Shown one piece after another: positions 17,578 through 27,214 of a DNA stretch of 64,000 bases (positions are counted from its first letter, which is position 1; every line of letters begins with the position of its first letter). The position numbers were made by a program, and so were the translations under genes. Below the pieces are notes generated by a model that had not been told where the DNA came from, ran no database searches, and saw nothing but the letters and a program-made list of their open reading frames with translations. The stretch is taken from the IMG/VR virus record IMGVR_UViG_3300044624_003554, positions 11,566-75,565 of that record. One strand, 5' to 3'. Origin of the DNA: a virus (lineage: Duplodnaviria; Caudoviricetes).

Positions 17578-18572
17578 TTTTTATAAAATTTAACTAATTT
17601 TGTTTTATTGAATTCGCTTTCGTTCTTTTTGATAAAGCTTAGAATGTCTTCAATAGTTAGTGATTCATTATTATTCCACTGATTGAATAAAAATTTATCT
17701 TTTGAATTTTGCATTTCTCCAAAGTCATTCAACAAAGGAGGTTTAATTTTTAGAATATGAAGATCGAAATAAGATGACAATTTAATAAAAGCTTTGATGG
17801 AAGAAATCAAGCCCCTATTTTTTTCACTAGAAGAGTCGTTATTATTTGATATATAAATACATTTGAGATTCTTAGAAATCAAGAAATTGATTAAAGCGTT
17901 ACTGCAATCCAAGCCAAACATTACAAGATTATTATGATAGCCATTTTGAGATAACGCCATGCTGTCTCCAATACTTTCCACAAGAATGACTTCGTCATTT
18001 ATCTCTGGAAAGTCTGGAATACATGCAGGATAAACCCAATTATTTTTGGAACCAATATGCTTCCATTTTGGAACATCTTTATCTTCATCGACTTTTCTTC
18101 CGCTAAATCCACAAATTTGTTTGTCAAAATTATAAATTGGAAAAACAATCCTCCTATACATTCTGCCAGCAGAAGCTAAACCGCACTTATACATTGACTG
18201 AACTGACTGAGAAATACCTCTTTTTTCGTAAAAGGCATAGTTGGGAAAAAGTTTTTTTAAACATTCTTCTGGATATATTTTTTCCATTTCTAATTTTTCT
18301 TTTGGTTCCTCCGCCTTATAGTCAGCATAATCTTCTACGTATTTTTTGATTATTGAATAATCAGTAGTGTTTAAGGTTAATTCAACAAGTTTCTTGAAAG
18401 GCGTTGGGCCTTTGTTTGCTACAAAATCTTTCCATACGCCAGTGTCCTTATATATCATTACGGAGGTTGGATTATCTCCACCTCTATACATAGCCTTAGT
18501 TCTCCAATGATTGCCGAAATCTGAGAGTTCGTAACCCAGTTCGACCAAGGATGAATAAATTCTAGAGTTCAT
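17562..18572 (-). CDS. dnaG: DnaG-like DNA primase
   Basis: RIVFPIYN...GFSGR, KWKH, TOPRIM VESIGD; adjacent to the DnaB helicase. Confidence 0.8.
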   Translation of the reverse strand: MNSRIYSSLVELGYELSDFGNHWRTKAMYRGGDNPTSVMIYKDTGVWKDFVANKGPTPFKKLVELTLNTTDYSIIKKYVEDYADYKAEEPKEKLEMEKIYPEECLKKLFPNYAFYEKRGISQSVQSMYKCGLASAGRMYRRIVFPIYNFDKQICGFSGRKVDEDKDVPKWKHIGSKNNWVYPACIPDFPEINDEVILVESIGDSMALSQNGYHNNLVMFGLDCSNALINFLISKNLKCIYISNNNDSSSEKNRGLISSIKAFIKLSSYFDLHILKIKPPLLNDFGEMQNSKDKFLFNQWNNNESLTIEDILSFIKKNESEFNKTKLVKFYKKCLNE

Positions 18573-20079
18573 TGAAATCTGGTACTAGTCTGCCGCTAAA
18601 TTCTGAATCATCTAAATCTTCTCTACCATTCAAAAATTGAACAACGTCTCTCAAATCTCCCTTTTCAGTTATTGCAAAATTTTTAAATTCTAGATTAATA
18701 AAATTATTTCTTAAGGTGTCACCAACTAAAACTGGTTCTAACGCACCAACTAAATCGGAACCCAAATGCCTTGCTTTGATATTAATTAGTTTGTGGGTTC
18801 CAAATTGGCTTGCTTCTTGCTGAATCTCATCTGTTGTTTTCTTTCTCAAGATGAACATGTGAGAACAAAACTGAATAATCCTGTCTGATAGCGAGACAAT
18901 GCTTTCATCGTCTACAATGTTTTGAGAGTTTCTATTATTTGTGATTCCACTACGATTGCTTTGAACTGATGTAATCATTGGAATAATTGGCTTTCCATCA
19001 ATCAGCATTTCTTTTTGAATGCATTTCTTGAACTTATCAACCATTTCTCCGACTACTTGCCACTCGTTCTTGTCGCTTTTTTCTGAAGTTGTTTTAATGT
19101 AATCAAAACTAAAAATCATCTTATTCCCCCTTCCGACTTGAGAGTAATAAAATCTTTTCAAAGTGTTAATCATTGAATCAACATCCATGCCACCAACATT
19201 GTAATAAAAGAACTTCATCTTCTTTACCTTTGGCCAAACTGATCTAACCTTTTCGACAACAGCTTCTCCGCACTGTCTCCATTGACCGCTCTCTAATAAA
19301 TGCATTGGAACTCCAGATAATGCAGTACATTGCCGCATCATCAATTCTTCTCTACTCATTTCTCCATTGTCAAAGTGAAGAACTGGTATATCGTATTGCG
19401 CGGCTACCTTGGTAGAATAATCCATACAGAACTGAGTTTTACCAACTCCAGATCTTGCGACAATAACGGTTATATTACCTGGACGAAGTAGAGATCCATA
19501 GATATCGTTTACCTTCTTATGTGGTCCCATTAAACCAAACTCTTTGATTGGATTATTACCCCTGTCCTCAATGACTGATTCCATATCTTCGTAGATATTC
19601 TCTGGAACGTCAGCCCCTATCTCATAGTGGTTTATTTTAGAATTGTAAATTTTATCTGCAGTATTAACAATATCCAGATAAGAACTTTCTGGAGCCATCG
19701 TTTTCATCTTCCTGCCAACATCTACAGAAGATTCATATATCTCTCTGCGAATTGTATACTTCTTGAGTTCTTTTGCGGCTTTAACTGTACTTGATTCAGA
19801 AACCTTCCTCATTCCCAAGGATCGAATATAATCAGCTACATTAATATTATCCTCAAAAGATAAACCCAAAGATTGAATTCTTTGGGCAATAATCACATCA
19901 TCAACGTCTTCGGCATTTTCAATTGCCTGTTTAATGACGGTAAAAATGGTCTTATTTAAAACCGAATCCTCAGAATAAAAATCCCTTTCACTGACGAAAG
20001 AACAAATGTCAATGAAAGAGTTGGGATTTTTAATCAAGCCAGCTAAAAGCTGTTTTTCTAGTTCGTAAGAATAGATCAT
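18562..20079 (-). CDS. dnaB: Replicative DNA helicase
   Basis: Walker A ARSGVGKT, FDNGEMS, FDYIK, SVQSNR, KARH. Likely start is ATG 20079. Confidence 0.88.
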   Translation of the reverse strand: MIYSYELEKQLLAGLIKNPNSFIDICSFVSERDFYSEDSVLNKTIFTVIKQAIENAEDVDDVIIAQRIQSLGLSFEDNINVADYIRSLGMRKVSESSTVKAAKELKKYTIRREIYESSVDVGRKMKTMAPESSYLDIVNTADKIYNSKINHYEIGADVPENIYEDMESVIEDRGNNPIKEFGLMGPHKKVNDIYGSLLRPGNITVIVARSGVGKTQFCMDYSTKVAAQYDIPVLHFDNGEMSREELMMRQCTALSGVPMHLLESGQWRQCGEAVVEKVRSVWPKVKKMKFFYYNVGGMDVDSMINTLKRFYYSQVGRGNKMIFSFDYIKTTSEKSDKNEWQVVGEMVDKFKKCIQKEMLIDGKPIIPMITSVQSNRSGITNNRNSQNIVDDESIVSLSDRIIQFCSHMFILRKKTTDEIQQEASQFGTHKLINIKARHLGSDLVGALEPVLVGDTLRNNFINLEFKNFAITEKGDLRDVVQFLNGREDLDDSEFSGRLVPDFNEL

Positions 20080-20084
20080 GCTGG

Positions 20085-20112
20085 ATGATAGCACGGTCTG
20101 ACTACTTGTCAA
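20085..20112 (-). promoter_or_regulatory. Sigma70-type promoter, leaderless
   Basis: TTGACA-16-TATCAT, 5 nt before ATG 20079. Confidence 0.65.
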
Positions 20113-20399
20113 TCATCTTCTTCCTCTTCTTCGCCATCATTACCTTCAAATGCATCTCCTTGGAATTCAATTCTATGAAGATCTGAATTATCATTCATAA
20201 AAATTTCCATAAATTTGGTCAAAGCAAATTCTGTAGCTTGACAATCAAACTTTTGTTTGATTTGGCCACTTCCCTCTTCATCTATATAACAAATAATGTA
20301 TCCTTTATTTTTGTTTTCTGATCCAGTTAACTCGTACAAAGTATCCAAAAAATTTTCTGGAATTTCAAACTTGTTGAATTTTACCTTTTTTTTGGCCAT
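20109..20399 (-). CDS. Hypothetical protein with acidic C-terminus
   Basis: ORF MAKKKVKF...EEEEEDD; the start was moved to ATG 20399. Confidence 0.6.
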   Translation of the reverse strand: MAKKKVKFNKFEIPENFLDTLYELTGSENKNKGYIICYIDEEGSGQIKQKFDCQATEFALTKFMEIFMNDNSDLHRIEFQGDAFEGNDGEEEEEDD

Positions 20400-20407
20400 A
20401 TTTTTGT

Positions 20408-20413
20408 TTACAC
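20408..20413 (-). promoter_or_regulatory. GTGTAA motif
   Basis: 8 nt before ATG 20399. Confidence 0.5.
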
Positions 20414-20820
20414 TATAAATAGACCCCAAGATTTTCAAAAAATTCTTTGTTCAATTCGTCATTTGGAAAAATCTCTACAAGCTGAATTTCATTCAATTCA
20501 CAAAATTCTATCTTTTTTACATCTCTTTTTATTTGTTTTAAATAACTTCCTCTAGTATTGTGAAAAAATGGAACAAATTTAAAGTGCTGTTCTCCTTGAA
20601 CTTCTATTGCTATTTTTTTATTTGCATTATAAAAGTCCAAAGATAGTCTTGTTCCAGCCACTCTCATTTCCTCAAAAACCACATCTCCTTGCCAGTAACT
20701 TTTTAAGAAAATTTTGACTTTTTGTTGCAATTTGCTTTTACTTTTGGCATCCCATTTTATTAAAGAATTCTTTAAATTTTTTACAACTCTGTCTTTTCCA
20801 TCAAGCGTTTTGAATTTCAT
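20413..20820 (-). CDS. Vsr/DUF559-like endonuclease
   Basis: LDFYNANKKIAIEVQGEQH...RDVKKIEFC...IQLVEI. Confidence 0.7.
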   Translation of the reverse strand: MKFKTLDGKDRVVKNLKNSLIKWDAKSKSKLQQKVKIFLKSYWQGDVVFEEMRVAGTRLSLDFYNANKKIAIEVQGEQHFKFVPFFHNTRGSYLKQIKRDVKKIEFCELNEIQLVEIFPNDELNKEFFENLGVYL

Positions 20821-21937
20821 TGATGGAATTTTTAAAGTAATTAATCAAAAATTTACAAAGATTAGAGTTATCTTCAATAAATTTAAATAAACCTTTTTCA
20901 CCAGAGAAGTTTTCTGGTATTTCTATACCAGTATCTTTGACTAATTCTATAAAATCCTCTGAAGGTTTAACCCACGCTCCACTTCTTACCATAAATTCCC
21001 AAGCATATAGAAGATCTACGATTTCTTTTTCAATCCAAATTGAATTACCATTTTTTCTTCCATATCTAATTGGATACGGAATTGTTAAGTTTGTTTTTTC
21101 ATTTGGAGATTTTTTAACAGTAACTTTTGCCCAATGTCCAATTGGGGGATTTTTTTCAAGGTCTATTTTTTTATTACTAGGATCTTGAAGGATCATGTCG
21201 CCATTAAATCTTGGTTCAAACTCTAAAATCCAATTTGCAAAATGCAATAAAGCATTGCCTCCAGTTGCAGTGGTTTGCCTAATTGGAGCTTTAGAATATG
21301 GATCTAACTTAATATCTGCTCGTACTTGCGATATAAAGACCGCCATATGCCCTCTCTTCGCTAAAGCGATAGACATGCGCTTCATAAAGTTGGCGGCGAT
21401 TACAGCGCCTCCAGCGACTTTATTTGAATCTTCAAAAGTTTTGTCTAAATCACATTTAGAAATAAGTCCATCCACAGCATCAAGAAGAAAGTAATATTTA
21501 ATACCTTCTTGATTGTTTGCAACCAAAGATCTCATTGCGTCTACAACAGTTTCGTAAATATTGCTTTCGAATACGAAACAAGTTCCAGCATTCCAATTTT
21601 CAGCATCAGAAACAAATGGAACTCCAGACCTTTCTTTCATTTCTGGAGAAAGCCTACCTTCAGCTTTAATGTAAAATCCTTTGGCATTTGGAATCGTTTT
21701 TAAAAAGTTCTTCATTACCTCAAGAGCTTGAGATGTTTTGCCACCCTCATTAATGCCGCAGAATCTATGAAGACCTGGACCAAAACCGCCATTCATATGA
21801 AGATCTAATTGAAGAGATCCGCTAGAGACCTTGTAATTAAAATCTTCTTCAAAATTGAAGTGACTGTCTTTGTTTGTCTTTAAGAAATTCGAAAGAATTT
21901 CGTTTGAAGTGATGATTTTTTCGTCTTTTTTAGCCAT
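20801..21937 (-). CDS. recA: RecA/UvsX-like recombinase
   Basis: SSGSLQLD, GINEGGKT, LLDAVDGL, FISQVR, GGNALLH. Confidence 0.88.
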   Translation of the reverse strand: MAKKDEKIITSNEILSNFLKTNKDSHFNFEEDFNYKVSSGSLQLDLHMNGGFGPGLHRFCGINEGGKTSQALEVMKNFLKTIPNAKGFYIKAEGRLSPEMKERSGVPFVSDAENWNAGTCFVFESNIYETVVDAMRSLVANNQEGIKYYFLLDAVDGLISKCDLDKTFEDSNKVAGGAVIAANFMKRMSIALAKRGHMAVFISQVRADIKLDPYSKAPIRQTTATGGNALLHFANWILEFEPRFNGDMILQDPSNKKIDLEKNPPIGHWAKVTVKKSPNEKTNLTIPYPIRYGRKNGNSIWIEKEIVDLLYAWEFMVRSGAWVKPSEDFIELVKDTGIEIPENFSGEKGLFKFIEDNSNLCKFLINYFKNSINEIQNA

Positions 21938-22274
21938 TTAGAAAGTCCCTAATTGTTTTAATTTTCTTTTTTACCGTTGAATCTTTGCCATGCTTGATGG
22001 CATCCACTTTATAAACCTCGTACTTAGAATAATCAATCTCGTAATTAAAATTTCTGAATTTTCTATCAAGTTCAATCTTGAACGCTTCGCATATGACAAC
22101 AGCCATGCTATCAAATTTTTTAGCAAAATTAAGTTTAGAAACAAACTCTTCTGAATATCTTTCTATCAAAGAATTCAGCATCTTCATTTCGCGAGAATAA
22201 AAATCCCTAGATGCAGATCTAGGGATTTCTAAGAACTTCTTAAGCAAATTTCTTTTATTCAATTTTTTTGCCAT
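21930..22274 (-). CDS. Hypothetical protein
   Basis: 114-aa ORF coupled to recA, with its own promoter. Confidence 0.6.
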   Translation of the reverse strand: MAKKLNKRNLLKKFLEIPRSASRDFYSREMKMLNSLIERYSEEFVSKLNFAKKFDSMAVVICEAFKIELDRKFRNFNYEIDYSKYEVYKVDAIKHGKDSTVKKKIKTIRDFLNG

Positions 22275-22279
22275 AAGGC

Positions 22280-22308
22280 ACTATATCACGATCTTAAATC
22301 GTTGTCTA
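22280..22308 (-). promoter_or_regulatory. Sigma70-type promoter, leaderless
   Basis: TAGACA-17-TATAGT, 5 nt before ATG 22274. Confidence 0.65.
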
Positions 22309-23338
22309 CCATTTTCTCAACTAATTTTTGAAACGATGTTTCTGGTTGCCATTTAAGTTCTTCTCTTGCTGGGGTTGAATCTCCAAGGAGTAAGTCAACT
22401 TCTGCGGGCCTATAAAATTGAGGATCTATTTCCATTAAAATGTTACTTTTAATATCTGAGACATCATGCGCATAATTTGGCACAATATATTTTTTATTTT
22501 GCCCATCTCCAATCCATTCGCCATCAATTTTTGCATGTTTAAATGCCAGTTCAACAAATTCTTTAATTGTATGAGTCTCATTTGAAGAGAGGACGTAGTC
22601 TTTGGGCTTTTCTTGATTTAGCATTAGCCATACTCCACGCACAAAATCTTCAGAATCGCTCCAATCTCTCTGAGAGAGAATATTTCCAAGCCTTAATGGT
22701 TCAAAAGTTTTTCCTTCTTTTATGGCTTTGTATATTCTTGCTACATTTTTTGTAATTTTTCTAGTCACGAATTCTTCTCCCCTACGAACGCCTTCATGAT
22801 TGAATAAGATTCCTTGAACTGCAAAAATGTTATAAGATTCTCTATACACCTTTACCAAATGATGTGCAGTACATTTGGAAACCCCATATGGAGATCTTGG
22901 TTTAAACGGGTGCTTAATATCTTGTGGCGCGTAATCTACATCTCCAAATTGCTCTGAACTGCCAGCGTTATAAAATCTAGTTTCTGGTTTAATATTTTTG
23001 ATTGCCTCAAGACAGTAAAGCACACCCATCGCATTCGTTTGCATGTGGTTAATTGGCATCTTCCAACTATTACCGACAAAAGAATTAGCTGCAAAATTAA
23101 TAAAATAATCTGGATATATTTCGGCAAAAGTATTATTTATGCTTTCTGGATCTGTGATATCCATTTCAACAACTTTAAATCTTGGGCTTGATTTTAAATG
23201 TTGGATATTGCAATGATTGGGTACACTAAGTCTTCTGTGCGCACCGTAAACTTCAATATCTTCATATTTACATAAAAGATATTCTGCCATTAAACTGCCA
23301 TCTTGGCCAGTTACGCCAGTAATTAAAACTTTTTTCAT
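22286..23338 (-). CDS. gmd: GDP-mannose 4,6-dehydratase
   Basis: ITGVTGQDGS, AGSSEQFG, PRSPYGVSK, GILFNHE, FVTRKIT, RDW, YRPAEVD. Confidence 0.93.
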   Translation of the reverse strand: MKKVLITGVTGQDGSLMAEYLLCKYEDIEVYGAHRRLSVPNHCNIQHLKSSPRFKVVEMDITDPESINNTFAEIYPDYFINFAANSFVGNSWKMPINHMQTNAMGVLYCLEAIKNIKPETRFYNAGSSEQFGDVDYAPQDIKHPFKPRSPYGVSKCTAHHLVKVYRESYNIFAVQGILFNHEGVRRGEEFVTRKITKNVARIYKAIKEGKTFEPLRLGNILSQRDWSDSEDFVRGVWLMLNQEKPKDYVLSSNETHTIKEFVELAFKHAKIDGEWIGDGQNKKYIVPNYAHDVSDIKSNILMEIDPQFYRPAEVDLLLGDSTPAREELKWQPETSFQKLVEKMVDNDLRS

Positions 23339-23343
23339 TTTAT

Positions 23344-23919
23344 TTATTTTCTTATTACAAAAAGAATATCATCAAATCTATTTATCCTGCTCCTTAAATC
23401 TACATGTTGGATATTTTTTTTATAAATCTCTGGAACAAATTGATCAAGTGTTGATAAGTAATCATAATGTTGAATGTCCTCAATTATTAATACTCCTCCA
23501 TCATTTAATTTAGGCAAATATATTTCCAAACATTTAACTTGAGTTTCTATAGTGTGAGGTCCATCGTCAATTATGATATCAAAATTTGGAAGCGAATTTG
23601 CTACCTTGTGATCGTAAGCGTTTTCAAAAACTTGCTTTACATTATTTAAATTTTTATATTGTTCAAGAATATTTAAATTTGTAATATCAAATCCATATAT
23701 TTCAGCATTATTGAAGTATCTACTCCATAAATCTAAAGATCCACCATGATATATTCCAATTTCCAATAAATTTATTTTTTTATTTTGATATTTAGAAAAT
23801 TCATTTTCGTAAAAATTTTCAATATAACTATGGACTGTATTTTTGTCAGTTCCAGTATCTTGATTGTTGAGTTCTGGATTTGCATTTAATATGCTTGTTA
23901 ATGTTTTAGGCGTGCTCAT
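23344..23919 (-). CDS. Class I SAM-dependent methyltransferase (sugar O-methyltransferase-like)
   Basis: TDKNTVHSY, LLEIGIYHGGSL, IIIDDGPH, GGVLIIED. Confidence 0.8.
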   Translation of the reverse strand: MSTPKTLTSILNANPELNNQDTGTDKNTVHSYIENFYENEFSKYQNKKINLLEIGIYHGGSLDLWSRYFNNAEIYGFDITNLNILEQYKNLNNVKQVFENAYDHKVANSLPNFDIIIDDGPHTIETQVKCLEIYLPKLNDGGVLIIEDIQHYDYLSTLDQFVPEIYKKNIQHVDLRSRINRFDDILFVIRK

Positions 23920-24580
23920 TTTGTGATATTTTTTTTAAAAATTCTGCTTTCTTCTGAATTGCTGTATTAAAATCCATATCTAATGTAGAAAAATTACAAG
24001 CATGGTGAATAAATAAACCTTCATGGTTAAAGGCATGACTTGGAAATATTGCAGTTTTATCACTCAATTGCTTATAATTGTTTAGAAGCATGTTTTGAAA
24101 AATTGGCTGTTCTACAAAAAAATCATTATCTATTGCATATGATAAAATATCATTTATTATTTCCTTCATATATGAAGAATTTTTGCAAAAAAATACACCA
24201 GTATTAACATTCCAAAATTTGGTTTTATATTCTTGATTAGTTTCACAGACTAAAAATTCTTTATTTTGTTCTACTAAATTTGGAAAAAAATTAAGATCTA
24301 ATTTGTCATTTAAAACAACTACATCAGAATCTAGTAAAAAAAACCAATCTGTACTAACATCTGTTTCAAGTAAGTTTTTCAAAATAAAAATTTTAGTCCA
24401 GTATTTTTTATTTTTAAAAGACATTTTCTCGGAAGAAAAAATATTTAGATTTTCGCAAAAACTTAAATACTTTATTTCGTATTTTTCAAAGTATTTTTTA
24501 TTTATCGGTTCTACAATTTCTTGTATTGTTTTAAAATTTTCATCAAAACTAGAAAATGCAGTTATATTATATTTTTTCAT
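23906..24580 (-). CDS. Glycosyltransferase (GT34/GMA12-MNN10-like)
   Basis: WTKI, WFFLLDSDVV (DxD), NTGVFF, EQP. Confidence 0.7.
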   Translation of the reverse strand: MKKYNITAFSSFDENFKTIQEIVEPINKKYFEKYEIKYLSFCENLNIFSSEKMSFKNKKYWTKIFILKNLLETDVSTDWFFLLDSDVVVLNDKLDLNFFPNLVEQNKEFLVCETNQEYKTKFWNVNTGVFFCKNSSYMKEIINDILSYAIDNDFFVEQPIFQNMLLNNYKQLSDKTAIFPSHAFNHEGLFIHHACNFSTLDMDFNTAIQKKAEFLKKISQNEHA

Positions 24581-24581
24581 A

Positions 24582-25286
24582 TTAATCTTCGCACCACCAC
24601 GTTAAAAATATATCTTGTTTTTCAATACAACACGGCCTGTCTATGCCATTCAATGGTCTTGGAAATTTATCCAAAAATGGAACAATATCGGTCATATCTT
24701 TTCTTAAAAAAGAAATCTCAAGACAAGTTGGAAGTTTTCCAGATTCATCAAAAACATCTGTATGATTATTTGCATGTAAGTGATAAATATAATAGTATTT
24801 ATTCAGCAATTTGAAAGTTTCAAAATGCTCTTCTTTTAATTTTTCTAAATCATGGAACTCAACACAGAGTTGAGAAAAGTGAGAGAACCAATCTTCCCCG
24901 CAATTCAAAAATAATTCATATTCCGATCCTTCTATATCTATTTGAGCTAAAAGATTTTTTTTATTTTTGTGTTTGTTTTCTATTAAATGTTTTTTTGCGG
25001 CTGCGGAATCTACAAATTGTTTTTGAAAATAAAAATTTTCGTGATCTAAAACTGGTTTTTCTATGCTGCCATCGTACATAAATACTTTTTTCCCATTTTG
25101 AGCCATTTGTAAATCAAAAAAACATTGCTCTGGAATATATCCAATTCCGTAAGAATATACGTCATCACATTCAATTGTGAATTTTTCATAAAGTCCATAT
25201 CCGCCATCTCTATATGGATTCCCAAATCTTCGCATTTGAAACGGAAAATAATATGGTTTCAATTCGTTTAAAATTTTATTTATCAT
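24582..25286 (-). CDS. FkbM-like methyltransferase
   Basis: DGGY, VYSYGIG, IDIEGSEY, QLCVEFH, HLHANN. Confidence 0.75.
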   Translation of the reverse strand: MINKILNELKPYYFPFQMRRFGNPYRDGGYGLYEKFTIECDDVYSYGIGYIPEQCFFDLQMAQNGKKVFMYDGSIEKPVLDHENFYFQKQFVDSAAAKKHLIENKHKNKKNLLAQIDIEGSEYELFLNCGEDWFSHFSQLCVEFHDLEKLKEEHFETFKLLNKYYYIYHLHANNHTDVFDESGKLPTCLEISFLRKDMTDIVPFLDKFPRPLNGIDRPCCIEKQDIFLTWWCED

Positions 25287-26010
25287 TATATTTAATTAAT
25301 AAAGAATCCCAATCTACATAATTTGAATAAGTGCCAGTGTGTAGATGCGTTACAACGCCTGGAAGAGGAGAGAAACACAACGCTTGATCTCCAAAAATTT
25401 TAGAAAAAATCCCATCATCTCCAACGCCCACACAAGCTTCATTAAAGTGGTTATAAAATTTTTTAAATGTTTTAGCTAAAAACATCATTGTAAAGGTTGT
25501 TGAACTGACTTCTCTCCAATATCCACTTTTGGTTTGAAAAATATAAGATTTTTTTGGCTTTCTATATTGATCTGGATAGTCCGAGGGATGAATGAACCAA
25601 GGAAAATTAAACTGTTTAGAAAATTCTAAAAAATCAAAAACTCTATGAAAATTTTCTGAGTCATGCAAATAGTCGTCTTCAACCATGTATACAAAATCGT
25701 CATCATTAAACGAAATTGCAATTTCGGCGCATTTAATTAGACTACCTAGTCCACCAAGTTTTTCAGTTGAATTTTTTGAATATTTTGGGTTTAATTCATT
25801 TAATAAAAATGACCAAAGCTCTTCAGAAACCATGTCCCCAATTAAATAAAATTCATGTTTAGTTTTTTTTAAACTGTCTTTTAAGGATTTTGCACAAGCT
25901 TTAATTACTTGTGATTTGGACATTCCGTTTGGTCTTGGATTTTCACTTCCATCCAACCCCTTATGCAAGCTATTTATAGCGTCACATACTCTATATATTA
26001 TCTTGATCAC
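25276..26010 (-). CDS. GT-A fold glycosyltransferase (GT2-like)
   Basis: VYMVEDDYLH, STTFTM, GDDG; located in the glycan cluster. GTG start. Confidence 0.65.
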   Translation of the reverse strand: MIKIIYRVCDAINSLHKGLDGSENPRPNGMSKSQVIKACAKSLKDSLKKTKHEFYLIGDMVSEELWSFLLNELNPKYSKNSTEKLGGLGSLIKCAEIAISFNDDDFVYMVEDDYLHDSENFHRVFDFLEFSKQFNFPWFIHPSDYPDQYRKPKKSYIFQTKSGYWREVSSTTFTMMFLAKTFKKFYNHFNEACVGVGDDGIFSKIFGDQALCFSPLPGVVTHLHTGTYSNYVDWDSLLIKYNDK

Positions 26011-26022
26011 TCAGATAATAAT

Positions 26023-27171
26023 CTATTCTTCAATAATTTCTACGGAAGCTAAAGAAGGGTCGAGTTTTAATAATTCTTCTTGAGAAAATTCTTCTTCTCC
26101 ATCCCATTCATATTCATCAGCTTGAGCTTTTTTCCAAGCTTCTGGATCTGGGCGATCTTTATCGCCTAGTTTTGCGGGTTTGTATTTTTTACCCATTCTT
26201 TTTTTCTTTTCTCTGATATTGTCCCAAAGTCCTTTTTTGGCACCCTCGATATCAATTAAATCTTCAATATCTGTTTCTCTGCAACCACATTCACATTCTT
26301 CCGAAGAAGTCATTTTGCTTACTGGAGTTTTACTCCACATTTTACATGACCAATAATTAGCTTTCCATTTAGGTCCAGGGTTATCGCAGCCATGTCTTGA
26401 TCTATACGCTTTTCTGCGATCTGGATCGTCACGTTTAATACTCATGTTTGGATCACCAAACTTAACCATTACAACGTTACCTTTATCGTTTTTAACGTAA
26501 ACTCCAAATTTCTTTTTTGATCCTGAAGGAAGTCTAAACGGCTTGTTTAGTGTCTTACTTTTTTTTTTATCTTCAGCTGAAGATAATTCAAATTCTGAAT
26601 CTGAAAATCCAGCTTCTATGCAGCATAATTTAGCTAATTGAAATTCAATATCCTGAAAATCTGAAAATTCATAGTTTTCAGATAAATCTTGATTATTTAA
26701 AATGTCGCTGTCTGCCTTTGCATATGAAGCTTTTACGTTTTGACCAGATGCCATTTTTAAAAATAAATTTACTCTAGCAAATGCCCATTCATCTTCCGAC
26801 TTTCCAGGTCTAAAAATTTTAGCTGATTCTTCTAAACCTCTTGCGTAAACCTTGAGCAGTTGATCCAACGAAACCAAAAATGGATTATTTCTGCCATTAT
26901 GAGCGGAAACTTTCTTCATCAAAAATGCAACTATTTTATTCTTTTTGCGAGATTTTGCTTCATCTTCTTCCATCTCTCCCTCTTCCTCGGAGTCCTCGGC
27001 TTCTTCTTCGTCGCTATCTTCCTCTTCCTCGCACTCGCATTCAGACATTGATTTATTGCATTCGGAACATGTTTTTTCAATTTTGTCCTCGGCAGTAATA
27101 GTAGAATTAACTGCAGCCAAGTCTTTTGACTTTAAAAGTTCTTTAATTTTTTCAGAAAAATCGAGTTCCAT
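26023..27171 (-). CDS. Modular acidic/basic hypothetical protein (possible virion-internal protein)
   Basis: Acidic tract plus three short basic modules (RPG...EWAFARVNLF; KFGDPNM...RHGC...YWSCKMW; GLWDNIREKKKR). Confidence 0.55.
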   Translation of the reverse strand: MELDFSEKIKELLKSKDLAAVNSTITAEDKIEKTCSECNKSMSECECEEEEDSDEEEAEDSEEEGEMEEDEAKSRKKNKIVAFLMKKVSAHNGRNNPFLVSLDQLLKVYARGLEESAKIFRPGKSEDEWAFARVNLFLKMASGQNVKASYAKADSDILNNQDLSENYEFSDFQDIEFQLAKLCCIEAGFSDSEFELSSAEDKKKSKTLNKPFRLPSGSKKKFGVYVKNDKGNVVMVKFGDPNMSIKRDDPDRRKAYRSRHGCDNPGPKWKANYWSCKMWSKTPVSKMTSSEECECGCRETDIEDLIDIEGAKKGLWDNIREKKKRMGKKYKPAKLGDKDRPDPEAWKKAQADEYEWDGEEEFSQEELLKLDPSLASVEIIEE

Positions 27172-27182
27172 TTGTTCATTAA

Positions 27183-27188
27183 TTACAC
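27183..27188 (-). promoter_or_regulatory. GTGTAA motif
   Basis: 11 nt before ATG 27171. Confidence 0.5.
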
Positions 27189-27214
27189 AAAGAAATTAAT
27201 TTTTTGAAAAAAAA

